Virus record (IMG/VR): IMGVR_UViG_3300007345_000180
Coordinates: 1 to 28,926 of that record
DNA length: 28,926 nt
From: a virus
Taxonomy: Duplodnaviria > Caudoviricetes
Strand: one strand, 5' to 3'
The position numbers were made by a program, and so were the translations under genes. Each line of letters opens with the position of its first letter. Positions within the stretch are counted from its first letter, which is position 1. Positions 1-8,514 of the stretch are shown here, piece after piece. The notes under the pieces were generated by a model, which was not told the origin of the DNA, searched no databases, and saw only the letters and a list, made by a program, of their open reading frames with translations.

Positions 1-3
1 ATC

Positions 4-53
4 AAAAAATAGCATCCCGTGAGTAACAATTACGCACGAGATGCTAAATTTTT
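4..53 (-). terminator. Intrinsic terminator closing the leftward operon (possibly bidirectional)
   Basis: The minus strand reads TAGCATCTCGTGCGTAA-TTG-TTACTCACGGGATGCTA (stem 10-46, one G-U, one mismatch) followed by TTTTTT. The plus strand also has a T-run after the stem. It lies just downstream of the last minus-strand ORF. Confidence 0.8.
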
Positions 54-71
54 ACGCAAACCCTTTAGGGG

Positions 72-302
72 TTAGACCTTATCCCATCCTTTTTCAGCTA
101 AATGATGTAAAACTTGCTCGCGAAGGTGAGCAATCTTACGCTCGTTTTCAGACTTTTCTATGCGGAGTGAATTGTTTTCATCCCAAAGCTGGGACGCCCA
201 ATGCTCCACCTCAACTCTGTTGCGATACTCAGAATACCATAGAGCGGCCATCCCAGTCAATAGTAACCCGAATGTTCCGACAGAAATTATAAAATATTCC
301 AT
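72..302 (-). CDS. Small membrane-anchored coiled-coil protein
   Basis: N-terminal hydrophobic helix (FIISVGTFGLLLTGMAALWY) followed by a charged heptad-like segment. The start abuts the dUTPase stop. Confidence 0.75.
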   Translation of the reverse strand: MEYFIISVGTFGLLLTGMAALWYSEYRNRVEVEHWASQLWDENNSLRIEKSENERKIAHLREQVLHHLAEKGWDKV

Positions 303-722
303 TTAAACCCCCGTCGATCCGAAACCAGAGTCACCCCTGGTTGTCTCATGTGAAAACTCTGAGGCTTGGAACATCCCAGCCATCATGACCTGCTGGAACA
401 CCACCTGAGCAATTCTAGTACCGGGGGCAGCAGTCCAAGTGAACTGCCCATGATTGATCAGAATCACCTTCACTTCCCCCTGATAACCGCTATCCACCAC
501 ACCTCCCAGGACATCAATGCCGTAATCAGCAGCCAAGCCTGACCGTGGCCAGATTAAGCCAACGTGCCCCTGTGGGATATCGAATGCCAACCCAGTGCTG
601 ACCACCTGTCGAGTCCCCGGCATGATGGCGATATGTTCATCAGCATATAGGTCCCAGCCCGCATCAAACGTATGTCCTTTAGTTGGTGGGACGGCACTAT
701 CTGTTAAAAGCTTAAATTTCAT
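303..722 (-). CDS. dut: dUTPase (trimeric type)
   Basis: Motifs AGWDL, RSGLA, GVVDSGYQGEV, RIAQ and RGDSGFGSTG. Start moved to ATG 722 (MKFKLL), immediately after the upstream stop. Confidence 0.97.
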   Translation of the reverse strand: MKFKLLTDSAVPPTKGHTFDAGWDLYADEHIAIMPGTRQVVSTGLAFDIPQGHVGLIWPRSGLAADYGIDVLGGVVDSGYQGEVKVILINHGQFTWTAAPGTRIAQVVFQQVMMAGMFQASEFSHETTRGDSGFGSTGV

Positions 723-723
723 G

Positions 724-900
724 TCAATACCCCATATCCAAATCTTGTGCCTGCTTCGCCAACTCGTCAGCCGCCTGATATCGTGCCAACTCCTGACGAA
801 GTTTCTCGTTTTCCGCAATTAAATCCCCTATTTCCGCGATCAATGCACGGCAGAACTCAGGGTCATTCAGGCGTTTCTCTAGCGTATCCTTAAAATCCAT
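724..900 (-). CDS. Hypothetical helical protein
   Basis: ATG 900 (MDFKDT) is preceded by GGAG. Tight packing within the operon. Confidence 0.7.
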   Translation of the reverse strand: MDFKDTLEKRLNDPEFCRALIAEIGDLIAENEKLRQELARYQAADELAKQAQDLDMGY

Positions 901-902
901 TA

Positions 903-983
903 TTATACTCCGAACATTAAACATCCAAGGGCGAAGGACATGATCACCATTAAGGTGTATGCCAGAACTTCTTTACCACTCAT
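903..983 (-). CDS. Small single-TM peptide, 26 aa (MSGKEVLAYTLMVIMSFALGCLMFGV), not in ORF track
   Basis: Strong GAGGAGG Shine-Dalgarno about 9 nt upstream of ATG 983. It fills the gap between neighbouring genes and is hydrophobic. Confidence 0.6.
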   Translation of the reverse strand: MSGKEVLAYTLMVIMSFALGCLMFGV

Positions 984-1146
984 AAACCATAACCTCCTCG
1001 TCAATATGAAAAAGCACATAACTCCCGCAAGCAGGATCGCCTGCTGGACGACATCCGCGATGATCTCCGAAAAACTCATCTACTCTCCAGTTCACATTCC
1101 CATGCCTAAATGTCTCGCCACCAGACAGTTCGTAAAGCTTTTTCAT
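973..1146 (-). CDS. Hypothetical protein
   Basis: ATG 1146 (MKKLYEL) is preceded by GGAGG. Operon packing. Confidence 0.65.
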   Translation of the reverse strand: MKKLYELSGGETFRHGNVNWRVDEFFGDHRGCRPAGDPACGSYVLFHIDEEVMVYEW

Positions 1147-1157
1147 ATCATCCTCCA

Positions 1158-3281
1158 TTAGATTTCACAAGATCCACCTGCACAGGCAAGCTCTTGCTGT
1201 GGTGTGGTGTTATCTTGCAGTTCGATCAACTCCGTGTAGTCAACCGCAACTGCTCCTTCCTTTATAGAACAGTATCGATCGTATGTCCATAGGTCCTTTA
1301 GCAAATAAGTCACTTCTTTTTGTGAAATGTTGTACTTGTCTGAAAATGCCTGCAACTTCGCATCAAACTCCCTGTTTTTATTAAAGTCAAACAAGGCATC
1401 ATGGCACAATTGCCACAGTTCACCATCATTGTTGATGCCACTCAATAGCTCCCACCCATGAAGGACTGGGTCATTGCCGTAGTGTTTCATCATCTGCGAT
1501 GGCAAGTAGACCGCAGCAAACGGAGCTTGGGCATAGTCTTTATCGCCGGTGGCCGACAGCAGAGACACCCCGCAAAGGTGCTGCCGATTGTCGTAGATAA
1601 AGTCCTCCACAGTATCCCACTCTTCAGGCTCTACGTTGATTGTGTTGCTAACATTATGGGTAATTCCTTTTAGCTGGCAAAGATCCTCATTTGTACCTGG
1701 GACGACCCAGTGCTGTTGGGTGCTAACAACCGCCTTGAGCAAGCCCTCTGCCGATACCTTTCGCTTTGTGATTGCCCCTGATTTTGTTTCAATTGCGAAT
1801 GACACAACATCATCTGTTTGGTTTGCCGACCATACTGATGATTCACAGGAATCGCCATTAAACAACTTATAATGCCGATAAACTGGGTCGAGAGTGTTAG
1901 CCTGCACTCTGCGAATGTATCTTTTATAATGGTGTGGGTGGATCCCGCTAGATGTCCCTAATACACAACTGGCTGTTCCCTCTGGCTTTACACAGGTAGT
2001 CCTCGCAGCTGGTCTAATGCCGATCATATGAGCTATCAACCCATTAGCATACTTAACAACTTCCGCACCGTTCTCTTGTATCTTCTGATCCAGCAAGACT
2101 GAAGGATTCTCTTGCATACCCGTAATGGAAACGCCAAGTAAGCTTTCATATCCGAAGATGTTTTCACTTGCGGCTCCCAAGTATGGGAACTCGACAAACC
2201 CAGCCTGTAGCGTTCCGATGACCGCCGCCGAGAAAGCCGCCGAGTAAAAGTCGAATTCATCCTTAACCTTTGATCCATTGACTGTCGACAGGTTGCACCC
2301 CTGCCATCCCGTCTCGCCTGTGAGAGGACATTTTGGATACATGCCAATTTCAACGCATGGGTTTACGATCATGTCCAAATCATCCATCCAGACAAACCCA
2401 GGTTCGCCAAACTCCTTGACTGACCTCATTATCTCAGCGAACTGTTCTCGCGTCGTTTCATTTCTAAGTAGTGCGACGGAATTGTTGCTGCGTCCACGTT
2501 GCGGGTTTTCGACGAACCAGTTGCCTGTCTTTGCTTTAAGCATCTCAATATCATGCGGGGAGAAAACACAGATCGTCGCAGACCTGCGAACGCCACCACT
2601 AATAACTGCGTCAGCAAGGTGGCATACAATATCATAACAATCAATTGGGTGTAGTTTCTCATTCTTTACTGCGTTCTCCAGTACGAATTCAACTTTTTGT
2701 AATGCTTTCACTAATGGCTCTGGACCTGGGGCCTTCCCACCTGCCGACAATGGCGAACCTTTAGGTCGGATATCTGAGAAGTCGAACTCTGGCTTTTGGT
2801 TGTAGCCGAAGTAACTCTTGATTAAAAGGTCAGCAGCTGTTGACCATCCTTCGATGCTGTCAACAACCTTCATTGGTAATATCTTATCTGACGGGGTAAG
2901 CTTAGGAAGCTTTCTGACATGCTGCTCTTGAACGCTGTATCCGGTTCCACAGCCGCAAAGCAAAAGATAAAAGCATTCGCGAAAGAATTCAACACGGTCG
3001 CAATGTGAAGCCACACAGTTGAACATGCGAGCGTTATGCTTAAAGATAGGATCGCCAGCGAATTGCATTGAACGCATCGACGGCAGAACCTTCTTTGACA
3101 AAACATCGTCATATGCCCTGACAATAAAAGGTATAGACTCTGGGTAGTTTTTATATTTCTCCAGCATCATTGCTCGTGAACGCATGACACACTCTTCCCA
3201 AGTCTCGCGTCGTTGTTCATCAGGAAGGTATTTAGCGTATTTACTTTGGAAAGTGAAGTCGCTTAGGTTTTTGAGAGTCAT
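1158..3281 (-). CDS. nrdJ: Class II (adenosylcobalamin-dependent, monomeric NrdJm-like) ribonucleotide reductase
   Basis: RRETWEE, FNC, catalytic NPCVEI, CNL, TTCVKPEGTAS and C-terminal ACAGGSCEI redox cysteines. No adjacent NrdB beta subunit. Confidence 0.9.
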   Translation of the reverse strand: MTLKNLSDFTFQSKYAKYLPDEQRRETWEECVMRSRAMMLEKYKNYPESIPFIVRAYDDVLSKKVLPSMRSMQFAGDPIFKHNARMFNCVASHCDRVEFFRECFYLLLCGCGTGYSVQEQHVRKLPKLTPSDKILPMKVVDSIEGWSTAADLLIKSYFGYNQKPEFDFSDIRPKGSPLSAGGKAPGPEPLVKALQKVEFVLENAVKNEKLHPIDCYDIVCHLADAVISGGVRRSATICVFSPHDIEMLKAKTGNWFVENPQRGRSNNSVALLRNETTREQFAEIMRSVKEFGEPGFVWMDDLDMIVNPCVEIGMYPKCPLTGETGWQGCNLSTVNGSKVKDEFDFYSAAFSAAVIGTLQAGFVEFPYLGAASENIFGYESLLGVSITGMQENPSVLLDQKIQENGAEVVKYANGLIAHMIGIRPAARTTCVKPEGTASCVLGTSSGIHPHHYKRYIRRVQANTLDPVYRHYKLFNGDSCESSVWSANQTDDVVSFAIETKSGAITKRKVSAEGLLKAVVSTQQHWVVPGTNEDLCQLKGITHNVSNTINVEPEEWDTVEDFIYDNRQHLCGVSLLSATGDKDYAQAPFAAVYLPSQMMKHYGNDPVLHGWELLSGINNDGELWQLCHDALFDFNKNREFDAKLQAFSDKYNISQKEVTYLLKDLWTYDRYCSIKEGAVAVDYTELIELQDNTTPQQELACAGGSCEI

Positions 3282-3330
3282 TTAAAATCCTTAGTTGTAG
3301 CAGTTGGGTTTGAGGATGTGATTGATTTAA

Positions 3331-3576
3331 TTAAAAAGCACCGGACCTAATTTCACAGGTCTTGTCATAGTTGTTAGCAGAAGAACGGCGATTAATTTCA
3401 CGCTCGATATACCATACAGCCTTTCTGAGATCCTCAATCGGCTTCCCCTTGTGGTCGCACCTGATAATGTATTTAAGAGCGTTTCCCAGGCAGAAATTAA
3501 ATTGCTCAGTGACATCGATTGCCTCCCACCCAGAATTCTGGTTGTAATGTGAAGGATGGTTGACATTATCCTGCAT
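3331..3576 (-). CDS. DUF3310 protein (T7 gp1.7-like nucleotide kinase family)
   Basis: DNVNHPSHY...FCLGNALKYIIR..HKG..IEDLRKAVWY signature. Confidence 0.9.
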   Translation of the reverse strand: MQDNVNHPSHYNQNSGWEAIDVTEQFNFCLGNALKYIIRCDHKGKPIEDLRKAVWYIEREINRRSSANNYDKTCEIRSGAF

Positions 3577-4135
3577 ACTTAAAACTCCTTAATCTGAAAT
3601 ACTTGCCATAGTTGTTCTTCCCGACAACTATTCCCATTTTGTTTCCCATATATGGAATGTGGTGGTGTTCCTCGTTCTCGTACATTTCCTGAAGTGTAAC
3701 AGGACCAACCAACGCCCACTTAAGCTCTCCACTCTTCCATGTATCACCGATCCTTTTCCAATGCTTTTTGATGTCAAGATCGGCAGGGACTTTAAGTGAC
3801 CTTTCGGACAGATTGAAGATTAGCAAGACCGTGGCATTCTTTTTAATGTAGTTACGCATATCGTTTGTTTTTAGCGTAAACTTCCCAGATGTTGGAACGA
3901 ACTTCATTTCCAGTGGAACCTCAAGCCCGTTTATCTTAGCAATGAAGTCCACATCCGAAGTGTCAACTCCGTCTGGGATGTAACCACCACCATTGTCTAC
4001 ACCGTTGTCAATATACCACTCACAACCAGAATTACTAGAGCTAGACCAAGCTTCCATTAGCTTGCCTTCTATGGCTGTAGTAAACTCTATGTGAGACTTA
4101 AACTGTTCAATCGTTCTGTTGTCCAGTCTTCCCAT
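3566..4135 (-). CDS. Hypothetical protein, possible PD-(D/E)XK nuclease fold
   Basis: SDVDF...PLEMK spacing resembles a PD-(D/E)XK core. Coupled to both neighbours. Confidence 0.55.
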   Translation of the reverse strand: MGRLDNRTIEQFKSHIEFTTAIEGKLMEAWSSSSNSGCEWYIDNGVDNGGGYIPDGVDTSDVDFIAKINGLEVPLEMKFVPTSGKFTLKTNDMRNYIKKNATVLLIFNLSERSLKVPADLDIKKHWKRIGDTWKSGELKWALVGPVTLQEMYENEEHHHIPYMGNKMGIVVGKNNYGKYFRLRSFKYAG

Positions 4136-4606
4136 CTACAGGCCCTCCTCCACTATCGATCCATAAGTTGCGATCAACAAAGCGTCCGCCGACCATAACG
4201 TAATCGGGAGTTTCCCACCCGTTTTGCCCAAAGATCCATACAGCTCTTCCGCTGCCTCCTTCAGCATGTTCTTGTCCCCTTTGCTCGTCGTCCCGATGAC
4301 TCTCTTTTGCCACGCTGCTGGCATCACCTCGTGATACTTCCATTCCAAAGCCTCGATTAACCCTAATATTCTCCCGACGCCACGACCAAAGTTAAAAGAT
4401 TGGGTTGCTCCCCAACCTCCTCGTCCTCGAACCGCTTCGATATAAACTATAACTTCATGCGATCTAATACCTGTTGTATATTCCCGGAACTGCTGCAATA
4501 TCAGATTGCCTGTTTGTGGTAACTTCTCCACAGCAATCCAGTCAGTATGAAAGTAAGCTACACCACCGTTCACACCTGGGTCGATACCTATGATCATCTT
4601 ATGCAT
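4136..4606 (-). CDS. ruvC: RuvC-like Holliday junction resolvase
   Basis: IIGIDPG, VYIE, F.FG..G, P..WQK and ADALLIA motifs of phage RuvC-like RNase H fold proteins. Confidence 0.85.
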   Translation of the reverse strand: MHKMIIGIDPGVNGGVAYFHTDWIAVEKLPQTGNLILQQFREYTTGIRSHEVIVYIEAVRGRGGWGATQSFNFGRGVGRILGLIEALEWKYHEVMPAAWQKRVIGTTSKGDKNMLKEAAEELYGSLGKTGGKLPITLWSADALLIATYGSIVEEGL

Positions 4607-6668
4607 TTAAAAACAAAACCTTCTTTCTGTCGATAATCTTTTCTTCGAGCCTTCCGCTTTCGACAAGAGTACCGATCACACTTTGGTAAAGTTTGTTATC
4701 GCAGCCAATCTGCTTTAGTAAAGCAGTCTTTCCTATTGTTCCTTTAGCGTCTTTGATTATGCTAAACACCTCCATCTTCACCGCCTCAAATGAGCCACCA
4801 ATACCTAGTCGCTTGCGGCCCTCGGTTAGAACATATTCGCTAGTGTGGATGGCCCAGTCGATTCCCCATCGAGCATCAGCCTCAGTGACTTTCCAAGAAT
4901 CGGGGCTGCGGTCTAGGGCTCGCATTAAAGCGAGCTTCCTTGCCTTCTCTGGAGCCCGTCCCCAAATAGCTTGCTCCTCGTCAGTGGTGTATCCCTCTAC
5001 GACATCCCACAATTCATCATAAGCTCTTTCTGCTTCAGCCGAGACGGGAATGATCTCCGCATCTGGGTTGTCCTCTATCCCGATAGTTGATCCGAAGGTT
5101 GTGAATCGATTGATCCAGAAGTTTGTCCTGTCGACTAGTCGCTGGGGCGGATACATAAATTTGCGATTTTTTCTCTCTCCGCGTTTTCCAGTGTCAACGA
5201 CCATAATCCGTCCTGCAAATCCATCACGTAATTGCATTCTGGTGAGAGCCGACCAAAAATGGTCTGCTGTTGAATATCCGGAGAAGGAGAAGCAGGGCTG
5301 ATTGATAATAATATCCCGTTCCTTGTCCGCGTAGGCCTTAAGGCGATATCTTGAGTTAGCTGCACCCCAGAGGTCGAGGAGAGTGTCATTGATAGTCGCC
5401 ATGACTCCTCCTTTCGCCTTTTGCAGAAAAAGTCCGTATTCATCCCAGAGGCATAATAAGCTTGGCGTGTCCGAAAGTAACGAGCCAATTGCAGCATCAC
5501 TTGTAACCTTGCCAGCAACCTTGTTGGGATTCGAGCTGCGATCAAAAACAGCACGGATGCAGTCTTGAGGGGCTTGCTTGCCACCGCTAGAAGGTGCCAA
5601 GACCACTGTGTAAAGATTTGTTTTAGTTCCGCTTTCATCCATCACCCCTCGCCCTAAACAGGCACTATACCAACTAATAGCCCCAGTTACCGCAAGGGCT
5701 CGATTTGACCTTGAACTCTGCGATTCAATGTATTCTGCGAATTCGGCCATCCCACTGCCTTGGGGAAGCTTGAGCAGGTTATCTGGAATTTTACTAACCT
5801 GGGAAGTTGCAATTAAATTCGCATTGAGGGTACTCATTTCAATGTCATCGACCGACGCCTCTGGCATCTCCATTCGACCATAATCTTTATGCTTTTTAAT
5901 ATCTTCCTTTCGCAAGACTTCTCCGATTTTCCGTATCACATCATCGTCTCCCCATGGCGGATCACATTTTGGATTGAAGACATCCATGATAAGATCGTAA
6001 GCCACTTTAGGTGGAAGCTTAAAATCTATCAGCATTCGGCAACAAGCCTTGAAAAGGGCGTTGTGCCCATTATGGCCAGAGATGCTAGGATTCATAGTCT
6101 CCAAGTAGGCTCTAGCATCGCCCAGGATTGATTCTGAGACCTCTTCGTTGTCCCAATCGATTGGAGTGTCACACTTCTGCTTTAAGCCCTCAGAACAGTA
6201 TTCCTGCACGACCTCAGAGATGTCCCCTAATTGGGTGTAGTTTATCACATTTCCTGTGATCGTGAAAAATCGTCTAGCTGTGTAAACCTCAATTTTTTCT
6301 TTGGTTATTCCTTTTCGGTCAAACGGGCATGTTCCGATGAACTTAATGCCAGTCCCGCTAGGCGAAACTTCAGCATATGTTTCAAGTCGTTCAAGCATTT
6401 CTTCAGCGATAGGTGTGTACGATCCATCACCTAGAATGCAGTCGTCGAGGTCTATGCCAGCTAACCCATCGCCCTCGCGAAAGACAAAACCTATTCCATC
6501 ATATCCGCTCAGGTTCATGCACTCCACAGCCTCGTCATATGTTCCCCAGGTTGTTGGATCAGTGCTGCTTGCCGCCCCACCTTGAGGGTTAATTGGAAGC
6601 TTGCGGCCAGTGCGTCGATCCCAGCAGACCCATTGTTTGAGGTTTCGCAGGTCAGTAATGTCTTCCAT
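4599..6668 (-). CDS. Primase-polymerase (AEP) fused to PriCT-like and DUF3987-like helicase/ATPase domains
   Basis: N-terminus WVCW..KLP, STDPTTW, GIGFV, GIDLDDC, YAEVSPSGTG, EVY..RFFTITG. Middle FNPKCDPPW. C-terminal P-loop APSSGGKQ and Walker B WDE. Confidence 0.85.
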   Translation of the reverse strand: MEDITDLRNLKQWVCWDRRTGRKLPINPQGGAASSTDPTTWGTYDEAVECMNLSGYDGIGFVFREGDGLAGIDLDDCILGDGSYTPIAEEMLERLETYAEVSPSGTGIKFIGTCPFDRKGITKEKIEVYTARRFFTITGNVINYTQLGDISEVVQEYCSEGLKQKCDTPIDWDNEEVSESILGDARAYLETMNPSISGHNGHNALFKACCRMLIDFKLPPKVAYDLIMDVFNPKCDPPWGDDDVIRKIGEVLRKEDIKKHKDYGRMEMPEASVDDIEMSTLNANLIATSQVSKIPDNLLKLPQGSGMAEFAEYIESQSSRSNRALAVTGAISWYSACLGRGVMDESGTKTNLYTVVLAPSSGGKQAPQDCIRAVFDRSSNPNKVAGKVTSDAAIGSLLSDTPSLLCLWDEYGLFLQKAKGGVMATINDTLLDLWGAANSRYRLKAYADKERDIIINQPCFSFSGYSTADHFWSALTRMQLRDGFAGRIMVVDTGKRGERKNRKFMYPPQRLVDRTNFWINRFTTFGSTIGIEDNPDAEIIPVSAEAERAYDELWDVVEGYTTDEEQAIWGRAPEKARKLALMRALDRSPDSWKVTEADARWGIDWAIHTSEYVLTEGRKRLGIGGSFEAVKMEVFSIIKDAKGTIGKTALLKQIGCDNKLYQSVIGTLVESGRLEEKIIDRKKVLFLNA

Positions 6669-7045
6669 TATAGAATCACCTTTTTAACTTCAAATTCCCC
6701 AAACGTATCCAGAACATCTTGCAGAAATTTAGCAACACATGGCGGATACTCACCAACTATTGTTTTCTTTACGTTTGGCCATCTACCATCCTGCTCGTAT
6801 TCGGCAAAAGCGGTGGGGCGAACCTTGCCGACGCAGGCAAGGTCCACCGCCACTCTCGCTGAAGTTGGGATAGGAACACTACTTCTACTTGACCACCACT
6901 GATTAAAGGACTTACTCTTCGGGAAAAGCCACTCCTTCAGGACTAGCCCAGTATCACAGTAGTAGCTCACTAAGAAAGCTTCTCTGCCTGACTTAGTGAT
7001 TGTCAGTTCGTATAATGTTCGATCTACCCCAACCTTTATCATCAA
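6668..7045 (-). CDS. Protein resembling the C-terminal domain of phage RadD/YejH-like SF2 helicases (stand-alone)
   Basis: VSYYC...EWL....WW..RS..PIP.SA..AVDLA pattern, recalled from C-termini of phage SF2 helicases. No helicase motifs are present. Confidence 0.5.
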   Translation of the reverse strand: MMIKVGVDRTLYELTITKSGREAFLVSYYCDTGLVLKEWLFPKSKSFNQWWSSRSSVPIPTSARVAVDLACVGKVRPTAFAEYEQDGRWPNVKKTIVGEYPPCVAKFLQDVLDTFGEFEVKKVIL

Positions 7046-7263
7046 CCAACCTTGATACTAAAGTTGTACTGCTTACCGAATTGACGCATGAGAACTTTCT
7101 GCTCACTACCCTGGTAGTAAACCAAGCAAGGGTGAAGTTCATCAATCGCATCAGCAAGGGCAGCAGCATTGACAAGGCGTTTCTCTTTTGGATTCTGCAC
7201 GATATATCGAGCATCATCACGAGCCACTTCTTCTTTCTTTTCTTCCGCTTTCTTTTTAGCCAT
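7042..7263 (-). CDS. Hypothetical protein
   Basis: AGGAGG Shine-Dalgarno. ATGA overlap with the downstream gene. Confidence 0.75.
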   Translation of the reverse strand: MAKKKAEEKKEEVARDDARYIVQNPKEKRLVNAAALADAIDELHPCLVYYQGSEQKVLMRQFGKQYNFSIKVG

Positions 7264-7274
7264 GTTTTACCTCC

Positions 7275-7769
7275 TTAGAAACTTGAAAAAGGATCGGAAT
7301 TTGAAACCTTACTCATCGTTGTCACTGGCTGCTGACTCGATGATTCACGCTTTTGGAATTCTTTCGGTCCTGGGTCGGAAACATTCTTGAAGATACGCCG
7401 AAGATTCAAATACCCCTTGCGTTCTTCAAGTCTTGCCCCAAAGGTCGAGTCAAGCAGATCATCAATATCATTGCATTTCTTTTCGTTCACCAATGCAATC
7501 TGCTTGATGTATTTAGCATTGGCTTTATTAATCCAATCAAGAGGAGCCCCTTTGATTGTAAGGTTGAACCAATGCCGAACCCCGTTATATTCTCCCTCAT
7601 CGGTGACTTCGCCTACCAGAACAACTTCGGATCGATCATCACCCTGATTAAACTTTGCATCAACAACCTTGAAGTTGTATTCACCCTGAACTAGCTTTTT
7701 AAAGCTGGTCTTCGGAGCAAAAACTTCTTCGCCTTCCAAAGCTTCATCGAGTTCGTTAAAAAGACTCAT
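7275..7769 (-). CDS. Single-stranded DNA-binding protein (DUF669-like)
   Basis: GEYNFKVVDA...GEYNGVRHWFNL OB-fold-like pattern and a flexible tail ending DPFSSF. Located directly after the AAA ATPase. Confidence 0.6.
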   Translation of the reverse strand: MSLFNELDEALEGEEVFAPKTSFKKLVQGEYNFKVVDAKFNQGDDRSEVVLVGEVTDEGEYNGVRHWFNLTIKGAPLDWINKANAKYIKQIALVNEKKCNDIDDLLDSTFGARLEERKGYLNLRRIFKNVSDPGPKEFQKRESSSQQPVTTMSKVSNSDPFSSF

Positions 7770-8506
7770 TATTCTACCCCTTTGTTAATTGCGTCTTGGA
7801 TTACATCCCAGTTCATTGGGATAACATCTTCCATTTCTAGGCGGCGTTTTGCTGTAACGGATGGTTTGCCCGTTGTCCGAAGTAGGACGCCGTTTCCACC
7901 TCGGACCTTAACTTCCTTTTTTCCGAACGCTCCCTTCTCCTCTGAGAATCTTAGGTCTTCAAAACAATAAAACACTTCATCGCAAACCTCAACCAAAGCT
8001 TCACTGAAATCCTTGTTAACAAGCTTTGGGTAATGTTTGTCGTATTCGGGATGTTCAGGATCTCGCTGTGGGATCACCATGTCATGTGCAATAACCAAGA
8101 CATTCTTTCCCATCTTATCCCGAACATACTTCAAAGCTGCCAGAAACTTATTCCATTCCTTACGGAGACTTTGCTTTCCGACACCGTACCCAATGTCGTT
8201 GATTGCGTCGACACCGTGCTGTTCACAAACCTTGGTTGTTAATAGTGTTTCGACCGAGTCAACAGCATCGATAACAAGCCAATCAAAAGACCAATTACCA
8301 GAAACCACATTTTGCCAAGCCTCCGAATGGTCATCATAGGTTGCAAGGTGCGGAGTCCGAGTTGGACCGATTTCGTCAACGCCGTCTTCATAGTTTAGAA
8401 AAAGATGCCCAGGTGCTGCTGCACCAAGAGTTGACTTCCCTTTACCGTGGGCACCGTACACGACCATCATTCGTGGCCGATTCTTCTTTCCACTAGTCAA
8501 TTCCAT
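7769..8506 (-). CDS. AAA_24 / Sak4-like recombination ATPase
   Basis: VYGAHGKGKST Walker A, LVIDAVD Walker B, VLVIAH and AKRR. Start at ATG 8506 after GAGGGG. Confidence 0.85.
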   Translation of the reverse strand: MELTSGKKNRPRMMVVYGAHGKGKSTLGAAAPGHLFLNYEDGVDEIGPTRTPHLATYDDHSEAWQNVVSGNWSFDWLVIDAVDSVETLLTTKVCEQHGVDAINDIGYGVGKQSLRKEWNKFLAALKYVRDKMGKNVLVIAHDMVIPQRDPEHPEYDKHYPKLVNKDFSEALVEVCDEVFYCFEDLRFSEEKGAFGKKEVKVRGGNGVLLRTTGKPSVTAKRRLEMEDVIPMNWDVIQDAINKGVE

Positions 8507-8514
8507 AATACCCC

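Noticed and set aside
723-818. 32-aa N-terminal extension of the dUTPase ORF
   Set aside because: It overlaps the upstream gene. The family-like sequence begins at ATG 722.
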